Shown here in pieces: positions 1-10,563 of a DNA stretch of 64,000 bases. A model generated the notes under the pieces. It was given only the letters and a program-made list of their open reading frames with translations. It searched no databases and was not told the origin of the DNA. This DNA comes from Histomonas meleagridis 2922-C6/04-290x (lineage: Eukaryota; Protista; Parabasalia), in contig JAANOX010000006.1 of NCBI GenBank assembly GCA_020184695.1, positions 42,700-106,699 of the forward strand, written 5' to 3'. The translations under genes and the position numbers were made by a program. Position 1 is the first letter of the stretch, and each line of letters opens with the position of its first letter.

Positions 1-2
1 CA

Positions 3-3000
3 TCACAACATGTTGTTTTTATTTCCCTTAAATTGCTAAAAACTCTTTTATTTAATTCAGTTCCGGTAAATCAGATTCTTGAAACGGCTAATATTTGTTT
101 ATCAAAAAATCATAATAATTTATTTGTTATAAATAGAGTTTCTAATCTTGTTTCCTGGTGTGCCTATCAACCATTGATTCCATATATTAATCAAACCACG
201 CAAAATAAAGATGAATGGACACTTGAAAGCAAATCACCAAATTTAGATTTCACCAATTCTTTTGCAACAATATTAACTTTTCCACAAATTATCACTGAAG
301 TTTTAGATTCTTTTCTTAATTTACTTGGACCTGAGATAATTTCTATTCATCATTTATCAATATTTAAATTCATTCGAACAAATATTCCAAATTCACTTAA
401 TTTGTTAATACCTTTTTTACCCGGCGATTCACGTTTTACATATTTTTATGACATAATAAAAGAACCAATTTCATCAGAGCAATTAAAAGTTTTATTTTCT
501 TTAAGTCCTGATGATCGATGTATTAAAGAAACAATAAAAATTGCAATGAAACTTTCATGTTCGAGCAATAAAAATGATAAAACAGAAATAAAAACATTTT
601 TCTCAACGTTATCACAAAATCATCCATTTTTAGTTGAGCCTTATATAAAAGAACTTTTTTCATGTTTAATCAAAAAGAATGTTACTGAAAATGAGATAAA
701 AGGTTATACATCAATTATTTGTTCTATTTTAAGTAATTTAAAGGATAAAGAAAATATATTAAATAAAAATAAAACATTAATAATAAAAATAATAAAAGAA
801 TTTATTAAAAACACAAATTCATTAAATTTTTTATGTATGTTTAAAATATTAAAGGAATTAACAAAACAATTTACTTCATTAAAAATAGTAACAAATTCAA
901 TTGATTTAGTTATAAACAATAAAAATATTAATAATATTAAATTATTAAAAACATTTTTATCATTTCGTTCTAAATTCATTAAAACTAATCAAACATTAAA
1001 CTTATTAAAAATTATTATTAATTTAAATGCAAATTTACCAATTTCAATTTTAATTAGTTTCACAAAAATTATTCCGAAAATTCCAAAAGATAATTCGATT
1101 TCATATAAAGCGACTTTATTAATTTTAAATAAAGCATTCGAAATTAAGCAATCCAAAGAATTAGTGAAATCATTTATTAAATTCCCAATACCTGTAACAA
1201 ATGAATTACTTGAAAAGAAAAATGAATTTACTAAAAACGACAAATTCTTAGACATTGTAATACGAAAAATTCCAATTTTAATTAATAATTGTATAGAAAA
1301 TGAACAAAATCTTTTAATTAATCATATTTTAAACACTAAAATTAATGCTATCAGTTTATTAATCATAGCTTCAATGTGTGAATCTAAATTAACACGATAT
1401 AAATTACCTATAAATCTTCATAAATATTTGTTAACTTTATTACCTAAGAAAACTTCATTTTATCAAATTATTAGTGAAAGTATTTCATTGTTTTGTCGTT
1501 ATCATATTGAATCACTTCCATATGTTTTTGATTATATCGAAAAGAATCCAACAATTTCAAGTTGTATATTATTGTCTTCGATTTTAGGTCATATTAATTT
1601 AACTTCACAATTGTTATCAAGATCGATTAACATATTAAATTCATTAATTATTAATCCTAAAATTATACCAATGATATTTCATACGTTTTCAACACTTTTA
1701 ATTACACATTCCATACAATTTTCATCATTAAAGAATTCAAGTGATTTGTTCCAAAATTTATTTAATGTAATAAATAATGAAATATCATTACAACCAGTTG
1801 TATTATATATATTTAGTAAATGTTTTTGTAATTTAATCGAAATATTTTCAAGTGATTTATCATTAAATAACTCAATGATATCAAAATATGTAATAAAAAT
1901 CATTCAATTAATAAAATTTACTCCAAATGATTTCCATAAAGAAATTTATTGTCAAGTTTGTCGATCAATTTATTTATTTGCTTATAAATTAACTCCATAT
2001 ATAAATATAACATTTCCTAATTCTAAAGGAACTTCTTTTTTATTACAACTTTATTCATGTCAAACATTAACAGATATATTAAAATTCCAAACATTAAAAT
2101 TTAATCTTAATGAATTAATACAGACATTATTATTTTTATTACAAAAAACTAATGACTTAAGAGCTTATAATTTTATTATAACAATTGGTTCAATTATGAC
2201 TGAAAATGATTTAACTTTTTGGGTTTCTACTATAAAACGTATTTTAGTAACTTCTTCATTATTAAATACTACAACATTATCAATTGAGCCAACACAAATA
2301 GTAAAGAAATGTTGTATTAATGTCTCAATATATGCAATTAATCAAATTTCTAACTTGAAAGTATTAAAAACAGAGTTTCTTGATGATATTGTTACATCAT
2401 TATGTCGTTCAATAGAAACAGGTGATATTCACTTACAAAAATCGACTTTCCCAGCTTTACAAAAAGTGGTCGAGTTATTTTCTAATAGTGTTAATGAAGA
2501 TAATGAATATACATTAAATTTATATGAATCACAATTTCTTTCAGTTATTAAAGTTGGATTTCAACTTGACTTAAACATAAGTGGGAAATTTTTAACATCT
2601 TATTTAATATTTATTAGTAATAATATGTTTATTAATCCCGAAGATTTTTCAGCTGTTATCATTGTATATTTAAGTGGTTTAGATAAATGTAATCAAAGGA
2701 ATTCTTCATTTTATTCATTAGCTTCAAGATTATGTACTATTGGGATGAAATATAAACAATTACAAACATTAATTTTACCATTTTTAACAAAGCTAACTCC
2801 GATTTTTGCTGAAATTGTATATGAATCAATTTCATTATGGAATCCAAAAAACACATGGAAAGAAAAATCGATTTTTAGAGAGAAAGTTAAAGATTTTTAC
2901 TTCGAATTATTACCAGGATTTGTTTGGCTTCAAACAATTTCGAATACATTAATTGATAATAACATTTTAATTTCATTCTTTTTAATGGAAATAAGTTTTA

Positions 3001-4052
3001 ACAATGAGAAGTTAATGGTTAAATCAGCGTTTGAATCACTTTCGACTTCGATAAAGTTTTGTGGTAATTTAATTTCGCCTGAAATGTTAGAATTAGTTAT
3101 TAAATCTTCGTTAACATTTAATGAAATTAATGAAACGGAACTTTTGAATCAAAGTTCTCTTTTAATTAAAGAAGATAAAAATTGGGATCCAATTCGAATT
3201 AATATTTTATCTCTTTCGTTAAATTCGGAAATTGTTTTTTCGCCTTTAATTTTCGCTTATTTATTATATACTGATAAAAGAAAAGTTCTTTCGAAATATG
3301 CTTTGTATATGGGATATTTCTTAATTGAGCGTTATCAAAATATAAAAAATGAAGCAAATGCTCTTTTTACTCTTTTGTTTAATCATTCTCCTTTTATAAT
3401 GGAAAATATTTGTAATTATATTATCGATAAAAATGATATTAAAACAGATTTCAAATATTTAATATTAAATCTTTGTTTACCGAAATTAAAACTAACTAAT
3501 AACTTAGATAAAATTATTAGGTTTTTATTAGTGACTTTTAAAAAAGGTGGAATGCATTTAATTGGTGAAACTCTTAAATCCAATACACAAATTGGAATTT
3601 ATCTCTTTATAAAAGGCGGATGTAAAACGGCTTTTTTGCTATCGTTAAAGGATTCAGAGAATTTGAGAGCTTATTTGTGGTTCATTCAATTCGGATTAAA
3701 CGTATTGAACAAAAACGAATCAAAAATAGCAACAAAATTTGCTGTTTCTGTTTTTAAACTTGTAATTATTTCTTTAGAAAAATACGAAAATAATTATACA
3801 AACTCAAGAATGATAATTTGGCATTACATTAGATTATTAAAAGATGCTGTTGAAATAGGAAAAGATTTATTAGAAATAGAATTCGAAAAATTGGATAATA
3901 AAACTAAAATTAAAATTAATCAAATGATAAAAGGATTTATAGAGATTGAAGAAAAAAATATAAAAGTACAAAAACTTGTAGAGTTCTCAACAAATGACAT
4001 AAGTCGAAGCACAATGGAATGGCAAACCCTAGAAACGGTCGACACATATTAA
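3..4052 (+). CDS. HEAT-repeat protein, HEATR5/Laa1-like (AP-1 accessory), 5'-partial
   Basis: The frame is open from the window edge (pos 3) to TAA at 4050-4052. It is an alpha-solenoid composition. The segment LDDIVTSLCRSIETGDIHLQKSTFPALQKVVELFS...LNLYESQFLSVIKVGF resembles a conserved HEATR5 block (recalled similarity, no search run). Confidence 0.6.
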   Translation, partial: SQHVVFISLKLLKTLLFNSVPVNQILETANICLSKNHNNLFVINRVSNLVSWCAYQPLIPYINQTTQNKDEWTLESKSPNLDFTNSFATILTFPQIITEVLDSFLNLLGPEIISIHHLSIFKFIRTNIPNSLNLLIPFLPGDSRFTYFYDIIKEPISSEQLKVLFSLSPDDRCIKETIKIAMKLSCSSNKNDKTEIKTFFSTLSQNHPFLVEPYIKELFSCLIKKNVTENEIKGYTSIICSILSNLKDKENILNKNKTLIIKIIKEFIKNTNSLNFLCMFKILKELTKQFTSLKIVTNSIDLVINNKNINNIKLLKTFLSFRSKFIKTNQTLNLLKIIINLNANLPISILISFTKIIPKIPKDNSISYKATLLILNKAFEIKQSKELVKSFIKFPIPVTNELLEKKNEFTKNDKFLDIVIRKIPILINNCIENEQNLLINHILNTKINAISLLIIASMCESKLTRYKLPINLHKYLLTLLPKKTSFYQIISESISLFCRYHIESLPYVFDYIEKNPTISSCILLSSILGHINLTSQLLSRSINILNSLIINPKIIPMIFHTFSTLLITHSIQFSSLKNSSDLFQNLFNVINNEISLQPVVLYIFSKCFCNLIEIFSSDLSLNNSMISKYVIKIIQLIKFTPNDFHKEIYCQVCRSIYLFAYKLTPYINITFPNSKGTSFLLQLYSCQTLTDILKFQTLKFNLNELIQTLLFLLQKTNDLRAYNFIITIGSIMTENDLTFWVSTIKRILVTSSLLNTTTLSIEPTQIVKKCCINVSIYAINQISNLKVLKTEFLDDIVTSLCRSIETGDIHLQKSTFPALQKVVELFSNSVNEDNEYTLNLYESQFLSVIKVGFQLDLNISGKFLTSYLIFISNNMFINPEDFSAVIIVYLSGLDKCNQRNSSFYSLASRLCTIGMKYKQLQTLILPFLTKLTPIFAEIVYESISLWNPKNTWKEKSIFREKVKDFYFELLPGFVWLQTISNTLIDNNILISFFLMEISFNNEKLMVKSAFESLSTSIKFCGNLISPEMLELVIKSSLTFNEINETELLNQSSLLIKEDKNWDPIRINILSLSLNSEIVFSPLIFAYLLYTDKRKVLSKYALYMGYFLIERYQNIKNEANALFTLLFNHSPFIMENICNYIIDKNDIKTDFKYLILNLCLPKLKLTNNLDKIIRFLLVTFKKGGMHLIGETLKSNTQIGIYLFIKGGCKTAFLLSLKDSENLRAYLWFIQFGLNVLNKNESKIATKFAVSVFKLVIISLEKYENNYTNSRMIIWHYIRLLKDAVEIGKDLLEIEFEKLDNKTKIKINQMIKGFIEIEEKNIKVQKLVEFSTNDISRSTMEWQTLETVDTY

Positions 4053-4232
4053 CCGTAAATTGTTTTGAAAAAAATGCTTGTTGAATATACAAAATAATTG
4101 AATTTAATAAAAATTCCTCTTTCAATTTGTTTGGAACAACAAGAAATAAACCACATAAAAAATTGTGCGATTTACTTAACCGAGCAATCAAAATTTCCTT
4201 CAACTTTTTGGGGTTAATTAAATTCAAATTCA

Positions 4233-4238
4233 TCATTC
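4233..4238 (+). promoter_or_regulatory. Parabasalid initiator (Inr) TCATT
   Basis: TCATTC starts 10 nt upstream of the ATG at 4243 and fits the TCA(T/C)(T/A) core promoter of trichomonads. Confidence 0.55.
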
Positions 4239-4242
4239 TAAA

Positions 4243-6183
4243 ATGAAGACGTTCTTTTTCTTATGTTTTCTCACAACAATTATTTGTGATGAGACTCTTA
4301 ATATAGAAGGTATTAAAAAAATTGAAGAAAGTATGTATTCTTCTTATAAAACTAGAACCAAGCATCTTAATATTGGGCAAGGTGTTGAAACTATCTCATA
4401 TTACACGTTCTCTAAATGGGATCTGCTTGAGGATGTGATAATAGGAGATTCAGTTCGTTATATACAAACAAGAGCATTCTATAAATGTGAAAATTTAAGA
4501 CAAGTTCAATTTGGCAAGAACGTTACAGAAATAGAATTAGGTGCATTCTCTACTTGCAGTATCGAAAATATTTCTTTCCCAGATTCTCTAGTCAAACTTG
4601 GCCCTTATGCATTTTCTGGTTCTCTCAAACTCGTTGAAGTAAAGTTTGGCAGTAATTTAACAGAAATTGGGCCGTACTGTTTCTTTTATTCTTCTGTGAA
4701 TTCTATTACATTACCAGATTCTCTTCAAACTCTTGGCGAAGATGCGTTTGGAAAGTGCCGTAATTTACTTTCTGTCACCTTCGGACAAAATCTTAAGAAC
4801 ATATCATATAATTTATTTGAAAATTGCAACAATTTAAAAGAGGTTTTCATGTCTTCATCAATCGTAAACATTGGCAACTATTCATTTGATAGTTGTTTTA
4901 ATCTTGAAGAGATTAAATTTGGAGATAATGTGACCGTTATTAATTCTCATGCATTTACCGGCTGTTCAAAACTTAAAACAGTTACATTTGGGCCTAAAGT
5001 GCAAGTCATTGGGGAATTTGCATTTTATGAAGCTCCAATTACGAAATTAGAATTACCTATTTCATTAGTTACACTTGCATCAAAAGCGTTTTATTCATGT
5101 AAAAAACTCGAGACAATAACAATACAATCGGAAATATCCAACTTAGGAATCGGAATTTTTGAATCATGTAAAAATCTTAAAACCGTTAATTTCAAGTCTA
5201 ATCTCACCAAAATACCTAAAAAAATCTTTTATTCATGTGAAAACTTAGCAGAATTTACACTTCCAAGTTCATTGCAAATCATTGGCGAATCAGCATTTTG
5301 TTATTGCAAGTCAATAAAAACGATTGAATTAAGTGAAGGATTACATACAATTGATGACTATGCGTTTTTCTATTGCGAAGGCCTTAAACAAATTAATATA
5401 CCGCAAACAGTTACAACGATTGGAAAAAACGCGTTTTATTATTGCGGCTCATTCACCGAACTCGAAATTCCTTATAACGTCACACAAATTGGCGAATATG
5501 CATTTGCGTATTGTTATTCTGTTTCCACGTTTAACTTCTCCAGTCGAACTGACACGATTTCTAATTATATGTTTTATATGTGTCAAGATTTATATCAATT
5601 TACAATACCCGACACGGTGACAACGATTGGAAGAAGTGCATTTTCACAATGTTCAGCATTAGTTATACTTCACATAGGCAAAGGCGTGAAAGAGATTAAA
5701 GTCAATGCATTTTCTAGTTGCGGATTCTTGAAGTGCATATTCTTTAATGGGGATAAAGAGCCAAAACATGAGTCAGACGTCTTCGATGACGCCAAATCTA
5801 AGAAAGTGTTCGTGTTGGACACTTACGACAATGACGAATTTTGCGACATCAAAGTCACCACTGAAGTCGAACAGTGTCCGGACATGGAACCATTGACACA
5901 CTCCGATCCAGAAGTTCCCACTGCTTTAGTTGCGTGCGTTTCGTTTGCTGTTTCGTTCGTGGGACTCATCTGCGTCATAATAGCTGTGGTGTGCTGGAAC
6001 AAGAGAAAGCAGATGAAGACGTCGGAGTCCGAGTCATCGTCTGAAGGATATGTTCAGGAGCATCTGCTCGAGCATACACAGAATGTTTATACTGAGCCAG
6101 TGCCGAATTATTACGTGGAGGCGAACTATTACCAACCACAGCCAAATGAACAATTGTACTATATTAATCCTTACGGACAATGA
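4243..6183 (+). CDS. BspA-like LRR_5 surface protein, type I membrane
   Basis: N-terminal signal peptide, about 18 TpLRR repeats (IxIPxxVxxIGxxAFxxC), one TM segment (ALVACVSFAVSFVGLICVIIAVVCW) and a Ser/Tyr-rich tail. Confidence 0.93.
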   Translation: MKTFFFLCFLTTIICDETLNIEGIKKIEESMYSSYKTRTKHLNIGQGVETISYYTFSKWDLLEDVIIGDSVRYIQTRAFYKCENLRQVQFGKNVTEIELGAFSTCSIENISFPDSLVKLGPYAFSGSLKLVEVKFGSNLTEIGPYCFFYSSVNSITLPDSLQTLGEDAFGKCRNLLSVTFGQNLKNISYNLFENCNNLKEVFMSSSIVNIGNYSFDSCFNLEEIKFGDNVTVINSHAFTGCSKLKTVTFGPKVQVIGEFAFYEAPITKLELPISLVTLASKAFYSCKKLETITIQSEISNLGIGIFESCKNLKTVNFKSNLTKIPKKIFYSCENLAEFTLPSSLQIIGESAFCYCKSIKTIELSEGLHTIDDYAFFYCEGLKQINIPQTVTTIGKNAFYYCGSFTELEIPYNVTQIGEYAFAYCYSVSTFNFSSRTDTISNYMFYMCQDLYQFTIPDTVTTIGRSAFSQCSALVILHIGKGVKEIKVNAFSSCGFLKCIFFNGDKEPKHESDVFDDAKSKKVFVLDTYDNDEFCDIKVTTEVEQCPDMEPLTHSDPEVPTALVACVSFAVSFVGLICVIIAVVCWNKRKQMKTSESESSSEGYVQEHLLEHTQNVYTEPVPNYYVEANYYQPQPNEQLYYINPYGQ

Positions 6184-6273
6184 TTCGGTATTCTTTAAAT
6201 TTTATTTGTTGAAACATTTGTTTGAATGATTTGGACATGGAAATTAATTATCGACTTTGTGCGCGTTGAGTAA

Positions 6274-6450
6274 ATCGCAAAAATATATTTGTGTGATTAT
6301 CAATGTGCACTTCCTGAAGAAGGTTATGCACAACTAGCGATATTAGATCCCACGAGTAAAAGCTTAAAATTTTATATTAAATCTATTTGAAATTACATCC
6401 ATTTGTTTAATTAGTAATTAAAACGTTTTTTCTTCGCTATGTTTTTGAAT
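6274..6450 (+). pseudogene. Orphan duplicate of the 3' end and 3'UTR of the downstream BspA gene
   Basis: Near-identical blocks to about 8880-9120 (TGATTATCAAT.TGCA.TTCCTGAAGAAGGTTATGCA; GAGTAAAAGCTTAAAATTTTATATTAAAT; CGTTTTTTCTTCGCTATGTTTTT), with internal deletions. Confidence 0.8.
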
Positions 6451-6913
6451 TATCCAATAAGGTCATGTAAGTCTTTTTTCGTTCACTTTTGAGTGTTGTA
6501 CACCAAAAGCATATTCAACTGCTGTGAACTCTATCACCACGGTAATGATTTTTCGTATTTTTGAAAACGAGCCTTATTTTGTTAAGATTAAATCATACCT
6601 AAGCATATAACAAAAACATCATGAAAATACATTAAACAGATACTAATAATTTAATATCGATCAATATTATGAGAACTGTTTTACACAAATTTTATTGGGG
6701 AATATTTGCAATCACATAAAAATCAAAACGAATCCAACTAAGATCAAAACAGTTTATAGCCAAGTTGGTTAAACGGTGAATATGATCATATTTAAAAAGT
6801 GGATTCTGTGTTTCTCAATTTAGGAGTTTGATAGAATATACAGACAACCGTCCAAAAAACTTATCTCAATTTTCATGATTCATTCAATTTTATCTCAATT
6901 CTTGATCAGAAAA

Positions 6914-9040
6914 ATGTTTGTACTTTTTTCGTTTGTCGCAAGCATTGTATGTGCAACTGATACTCTTACGATAAATAGTCCTAATATTGTTTGTTATGGT
7001 GATTATACTTCTTATAACTCAACGACAAAATATCTGATTATTGGTAATTTTGTCTCAAAAATCGCAACTTTAGCATTCTGTCAATGGCCTATACTTGAAA
7101 GTGTAACATTTGGATTAAATGTTATGTATATTGAATACCAAGCATTTTATCGATGTACAAAATTAAAACATATTCAATTTGATCGTAATGTTTTGAGTAT
7201 TGGTGGTGAAGCATTTTATTATACCAGCGTGTCTAATATTACTTTTCCTGATTCACTTGAACGAATTGATTTCGGTGCATTTTATCGGTCGAGTTTAGTA
7301 AATATACATTTTGGTAGTGGTCTCAAAGAGATTGGAGGACGAGCATTTTATGAAATCAGTGCGTCGAATATTACTTTTCCTGATTCACTTGAAAAAATTG
7401 GATATCGAGCATTTTATCAATGTATGAATCTAAGAAATATTCATTTTGGTAATGGCATTAGAGAAATTGAAGAAAATGCATTTTATCATATCGGTAATTG
7501 CGATATTACTTTTCCTGATTCTCTTGAAAAACTTGGAGAACGTGCCTTTTATTGGAGTTACATTCTTTCAGTCACCTTTGGCAAAAACTTCAAAGAAATT
7601 GGAAAAAATTGTTTTACTATATGTTATTCATTGAAAAGCATTACATTTCCAGAAAAATGTTTACTTAAATCACTTAATTCATATGCGTTTTCACAATGCA
7701 CAAGTTTGATACATCTCACTTTAGGACAAAATCTTGAAAACATTTCGAATCATGCATTTTATCTTTGCGATAAATTAGAAGAAGTTTCGATTCCTGATTC
7801 AGTTAAAACCATTTGTACTTATGCATTTTATCAATGCACAAAACTTCAAACAGTTACATTTGGAAAAAATTTGGTTGAAATTGGTGCATCGGCATTTTAT
7901 TCCACACCAATTTCATCAGTCGAATTTCATAATTCATTAACAACAATTTTATCAAGAGCATTTTCTCAATGTATGAAAATCCAACATGTTACAATTCCTT
8001 CTTCAGTTGTAACATTATCTGAATATGCATTTTCATCTTGTTCTCTAATTAAAACTGTAACAATTGAATCAACAATACGAAACTTTGATGTTGGCGTTTT
8101 TGCAAGTTGTTTGAATTTAACAACAATTAATTTCACTGCAAATATCGCTGTAATTCCAACAAATACATTTTATGGATGTTCTAATTTAAGAGAAATTAAT
8201 ATTGCAGACTCAGTTATAACTATTGGAAATTATGCATTTTATTCTTGTAAAAAACTTAAAAAATTTAATATTACTCAAAAAGTTACTTCTATTGGCGAGT
8301 ATGCATTTGCTTATTGTGAATCATTTGAAAAAATAGAAATTCCTTATAGCGTAATCACAATAGGAGAATATGCATTTGCTTTTTGTTCAGAACTTGAAGA
8401 AGTTGATATTAAAAGTCAAACAAGTACAATTCCGGTTGGTATGTTTAGAAAATGTGAGAAAATCACCTCAATTACAATTCCTGATACAGTTACAACAATT
8501 GGAAATCAATCATTTTATGAATGTACAGAATTATTTACAGTATATATCGGGAAAGGAGTTACAGAGATTAGAGCTGAAGCATTTTACAAAACAGATTCAC
8601 TTAAATGTATTTATTATTATGGAACTTCATCACCAAAATATGGAAAAAATGTATTCGGTCCTTATGCTAAAACTTATTACGTCTCTGACTCTTACACAGA
8701 TAAAAAGTTTTGTGGCAAAACTATAACAAAAGGTTTTGGAGAATGTCCGCCAAAAAGAACTTATTCAAAGAAATCGGATGATGATATTAATTCAAATGCT
8801 CCAATGATAGGAGGTATAGTTGGAGGCTTCGCGCTTTTCTTTATTATCCTTGGCATTATGTTAGTCATCACTTATAGACATCGCAAAAAATTAATGTCGT
8901 CTTCATCTTCGTCTTCTTCCTCATCTTCTTCAAAGAAATGTTATGATTATCAATATGCAGTTCCTGAAGAAGGTTATGCATATGATCCGCAATATGCACA
9001 GCCAGCGATACCTCCGACATACAGTCAGACGACATATTAA
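6914..9040 (+). CDS. BspA-like LRR_5 surface protein, type I membrane
   Basis: The likely start is MFVLFSFVASIVCA (signal peptide). It has about 22 TpLRR repeats, a TM segment (MIGGIVGGFALFFIILGIMLVITY), poly-Ser and a Tyr/Pro-rich tail. Confidence 0.93.
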   Translation: MFVLFSFVASIVCATDTLTINSPNIVCYGDYTSYNSTTKYLIIGNFVSKIATLAFCQWPILESVTFGLNVMYIEYQAFYRCTKLKHIQFDRNVLSIGGEAFYYTSVSNITFPDSLERIDFGAFYRSSLVNIHFGSGLKEIGGRAFYEISASNITFPDSLEKIGYRAFYQCMNLRNIHFGNGIREIEENAFYHIGNCDITFPDSLEKLGERAFYWSYILSVTFGKNFKEIGKNCFTICYSLKSITFPEKCLLKSLNSYAFSQCTSLIHLTLGQNLENISNHAFYLCDKLEEVSIPDSVKTICTYAFYQCTKLQTVTFGKNLVEIGASAFYSTPISSVEFHNSLTTILSRAFSQCMKIQHVTIPSSVVTLSEYAFSSCSLIKTVTIESTIRNFDVGVFASCLNLTTINFTANIAVIPTNTFYGCSNLREINIADSVITIGNYAFYSCKKLKKFNITQKVTSIGEYAFAYCESFEKIEIPYSVITIGEYAFAFCSELEEVDIKSQTSTIPVGMFRKCEKITSITIPDTVTTIGNQSFYECTELFTVYIGKGVTEIRAEAFYKTDSLKCIYYYGTSSPKYGKNVFGPYAKTYYVSDSYTDKKFCGKTITKGFGECPPKRTYSKKSDDDINSNAPMIGGIVGGFALFFIILGIMLVITYRHRKKLMSSSSSSSSSSSSKKCYDYQYAVPEEGYAYDPQYAQPAIPPTYSQTTY

Positions 9041-9579
9041 TATTAAATCCCATGAGTAAAAGCTTAAAATTTTATATTAAATTTGTTTTATTTAGATAAA
9101 GAATCGTTTTTTCTTCGCTATGTTTTTAATGATTTATCTATACAGAAATATTGTGAAACATCAAATAAGAAACACAAAATGGAAACTATTGGAAATATTT
9201 TTGTTGATAATTGAGTTTTTGATTTCAATTTCAGCGTAACCAATGAGAACCAGTTTACCATAATGGGAAGCATTATTTCGTACTTAAAAACAATTATTAT
9301 ATCCTCCTCCATTTAAATTCCAATACCTTCTTTCTAAGGAGAATTTAAAACTTTCTGTATTACATGATTATGAAAAATTGACTAAAAATCTAGTGGAACT
9401 TGATGATTTTGTAGTAAATGTTTAACAAACAATAAATTTCTTTCCCTTGATGAATTTTTTATAAAAAATCCATATTTATTCCGTCTTCATTAAAAAAAAA
9501 AATGAAAATTTTTCATAGCTTCCAAAACTTATACAAGTTTCACTAAATTTTTTAAGTTTTTCTACTTTTATCTCATTAG

Positions 9580-9662
9580 TGAATGTGAAGAACTTCAAAC
9601 AGTTATATTTGGTCTGAAATTAAATACAATTTCTTCGTATGCATTTTATTATACATCAATAT
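9580..9662 (+). pseudogene. Isolated BspA LRR remnant
   Basis: It translates ECEELQTVIFGLKLNTISSYAFYYTS, one TpLRR unit similar to CTKLQTVTFGKNLVEIGASAFYST in the upstream gene. There is no flanking ORF. Confidence 0.6.
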
Positions 9663-9866
9663 ATATTTTGTTCAGCACTTATTTATGAAACGAAAAAATA
9701 TAAATAATAGATGAATTACTACTTAAATAAAAAATTTTATTTACTTAATATTAATAACATTTAAAATTCGTACTGTCGAACCTATTTTAATACAATTTTG
9801 CTGCTAGCTTACAACCAATTAAATACTAAATCAATGCCAATGCTGCTAAGTTTATTTGTTTCTAAT

Positions 9867-10496
9867 TTACTTACTGGTCGAATCATTATCTGATGAATAA
9901 TCTGAAAAAAGTATGTTATCGATTATTTCATCGCTTATTGATATTGTTTTTGTTTTGTTATTTTTATTTAGTGTGATGTTTTCAAGAGATGAATCACTTT
10001 CAGAGTAAAACAAATCTTCATTTCCCTCAGTCCCTTGTTTACCACTTGAAGTTGTTTCATTACTCGAATCTGTTTCATCACTAGAACTTTGGATAAAATT
10101 CTTATTTATGATTGAACGATTTTGAAAAAAAGTTTTTCCTTTGTTTTTTCCTGATTTTACGTTAGGTTTAAAATCATTATTTGATGAATTGTTTAATGTT
10201 TCGGAAGATTCACTTTGACTTGAAAAAACAAAAATTTCATCATCATTATAAGAAAGATTTGTATAACTCTTTCTAAAACCTAAATCTTTTGTTTTCGTTT
10301 TGTGGGTGATTGAGTTAAGACTTGAATGAATGTTAGTGTTGGAAAGTTTATTTATTGCTTTAAAAAAACTTTTTTCAAGATTTTTTTTTGATTTTTCAAT
10401 TTCCTTTTTTTGCTTATTAATTTTTTCTAAATATTGCAAATGAATTTCATTATGGGAATTCGAAGATGATCTTGAAGAAAATTCATTTGGAAACAT
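9867..10496 (-). CDS. Ser/Asn/Lys-rich low-complexity hypothetical protein
   Basis: 209-aa ORF with an ATG start, divergent from the 10564 gene across a 67-bp gap. No recognisable domain. Confidence 0.55.
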   Translation of the reverse strand: MFPNEFSSRSSSNSHNEIHLQYLEKINKQKKEIEKSKKNLEKSFFKAINKLSNTNIHSSLNSITHKTKTKDLGFRKSYTNLSYNDDEIFVFSSQSESSETLNNSSNNDFKPNVKSGKNKGKTFFQNRSIINKNFIQSSSDETDSSNETTSSGKQGTEGNEDLFYSESDSSLENITLNKNNKTKTISISDEIIDNILFSDYSSDNDSTSK

Positions 10497-10563
10497 TTGA
10501 CTTTTTCGAGTGATGTCAAAAATTTTGAGAATTTTTATTTAAGTCACATAAACGTACACAAAG

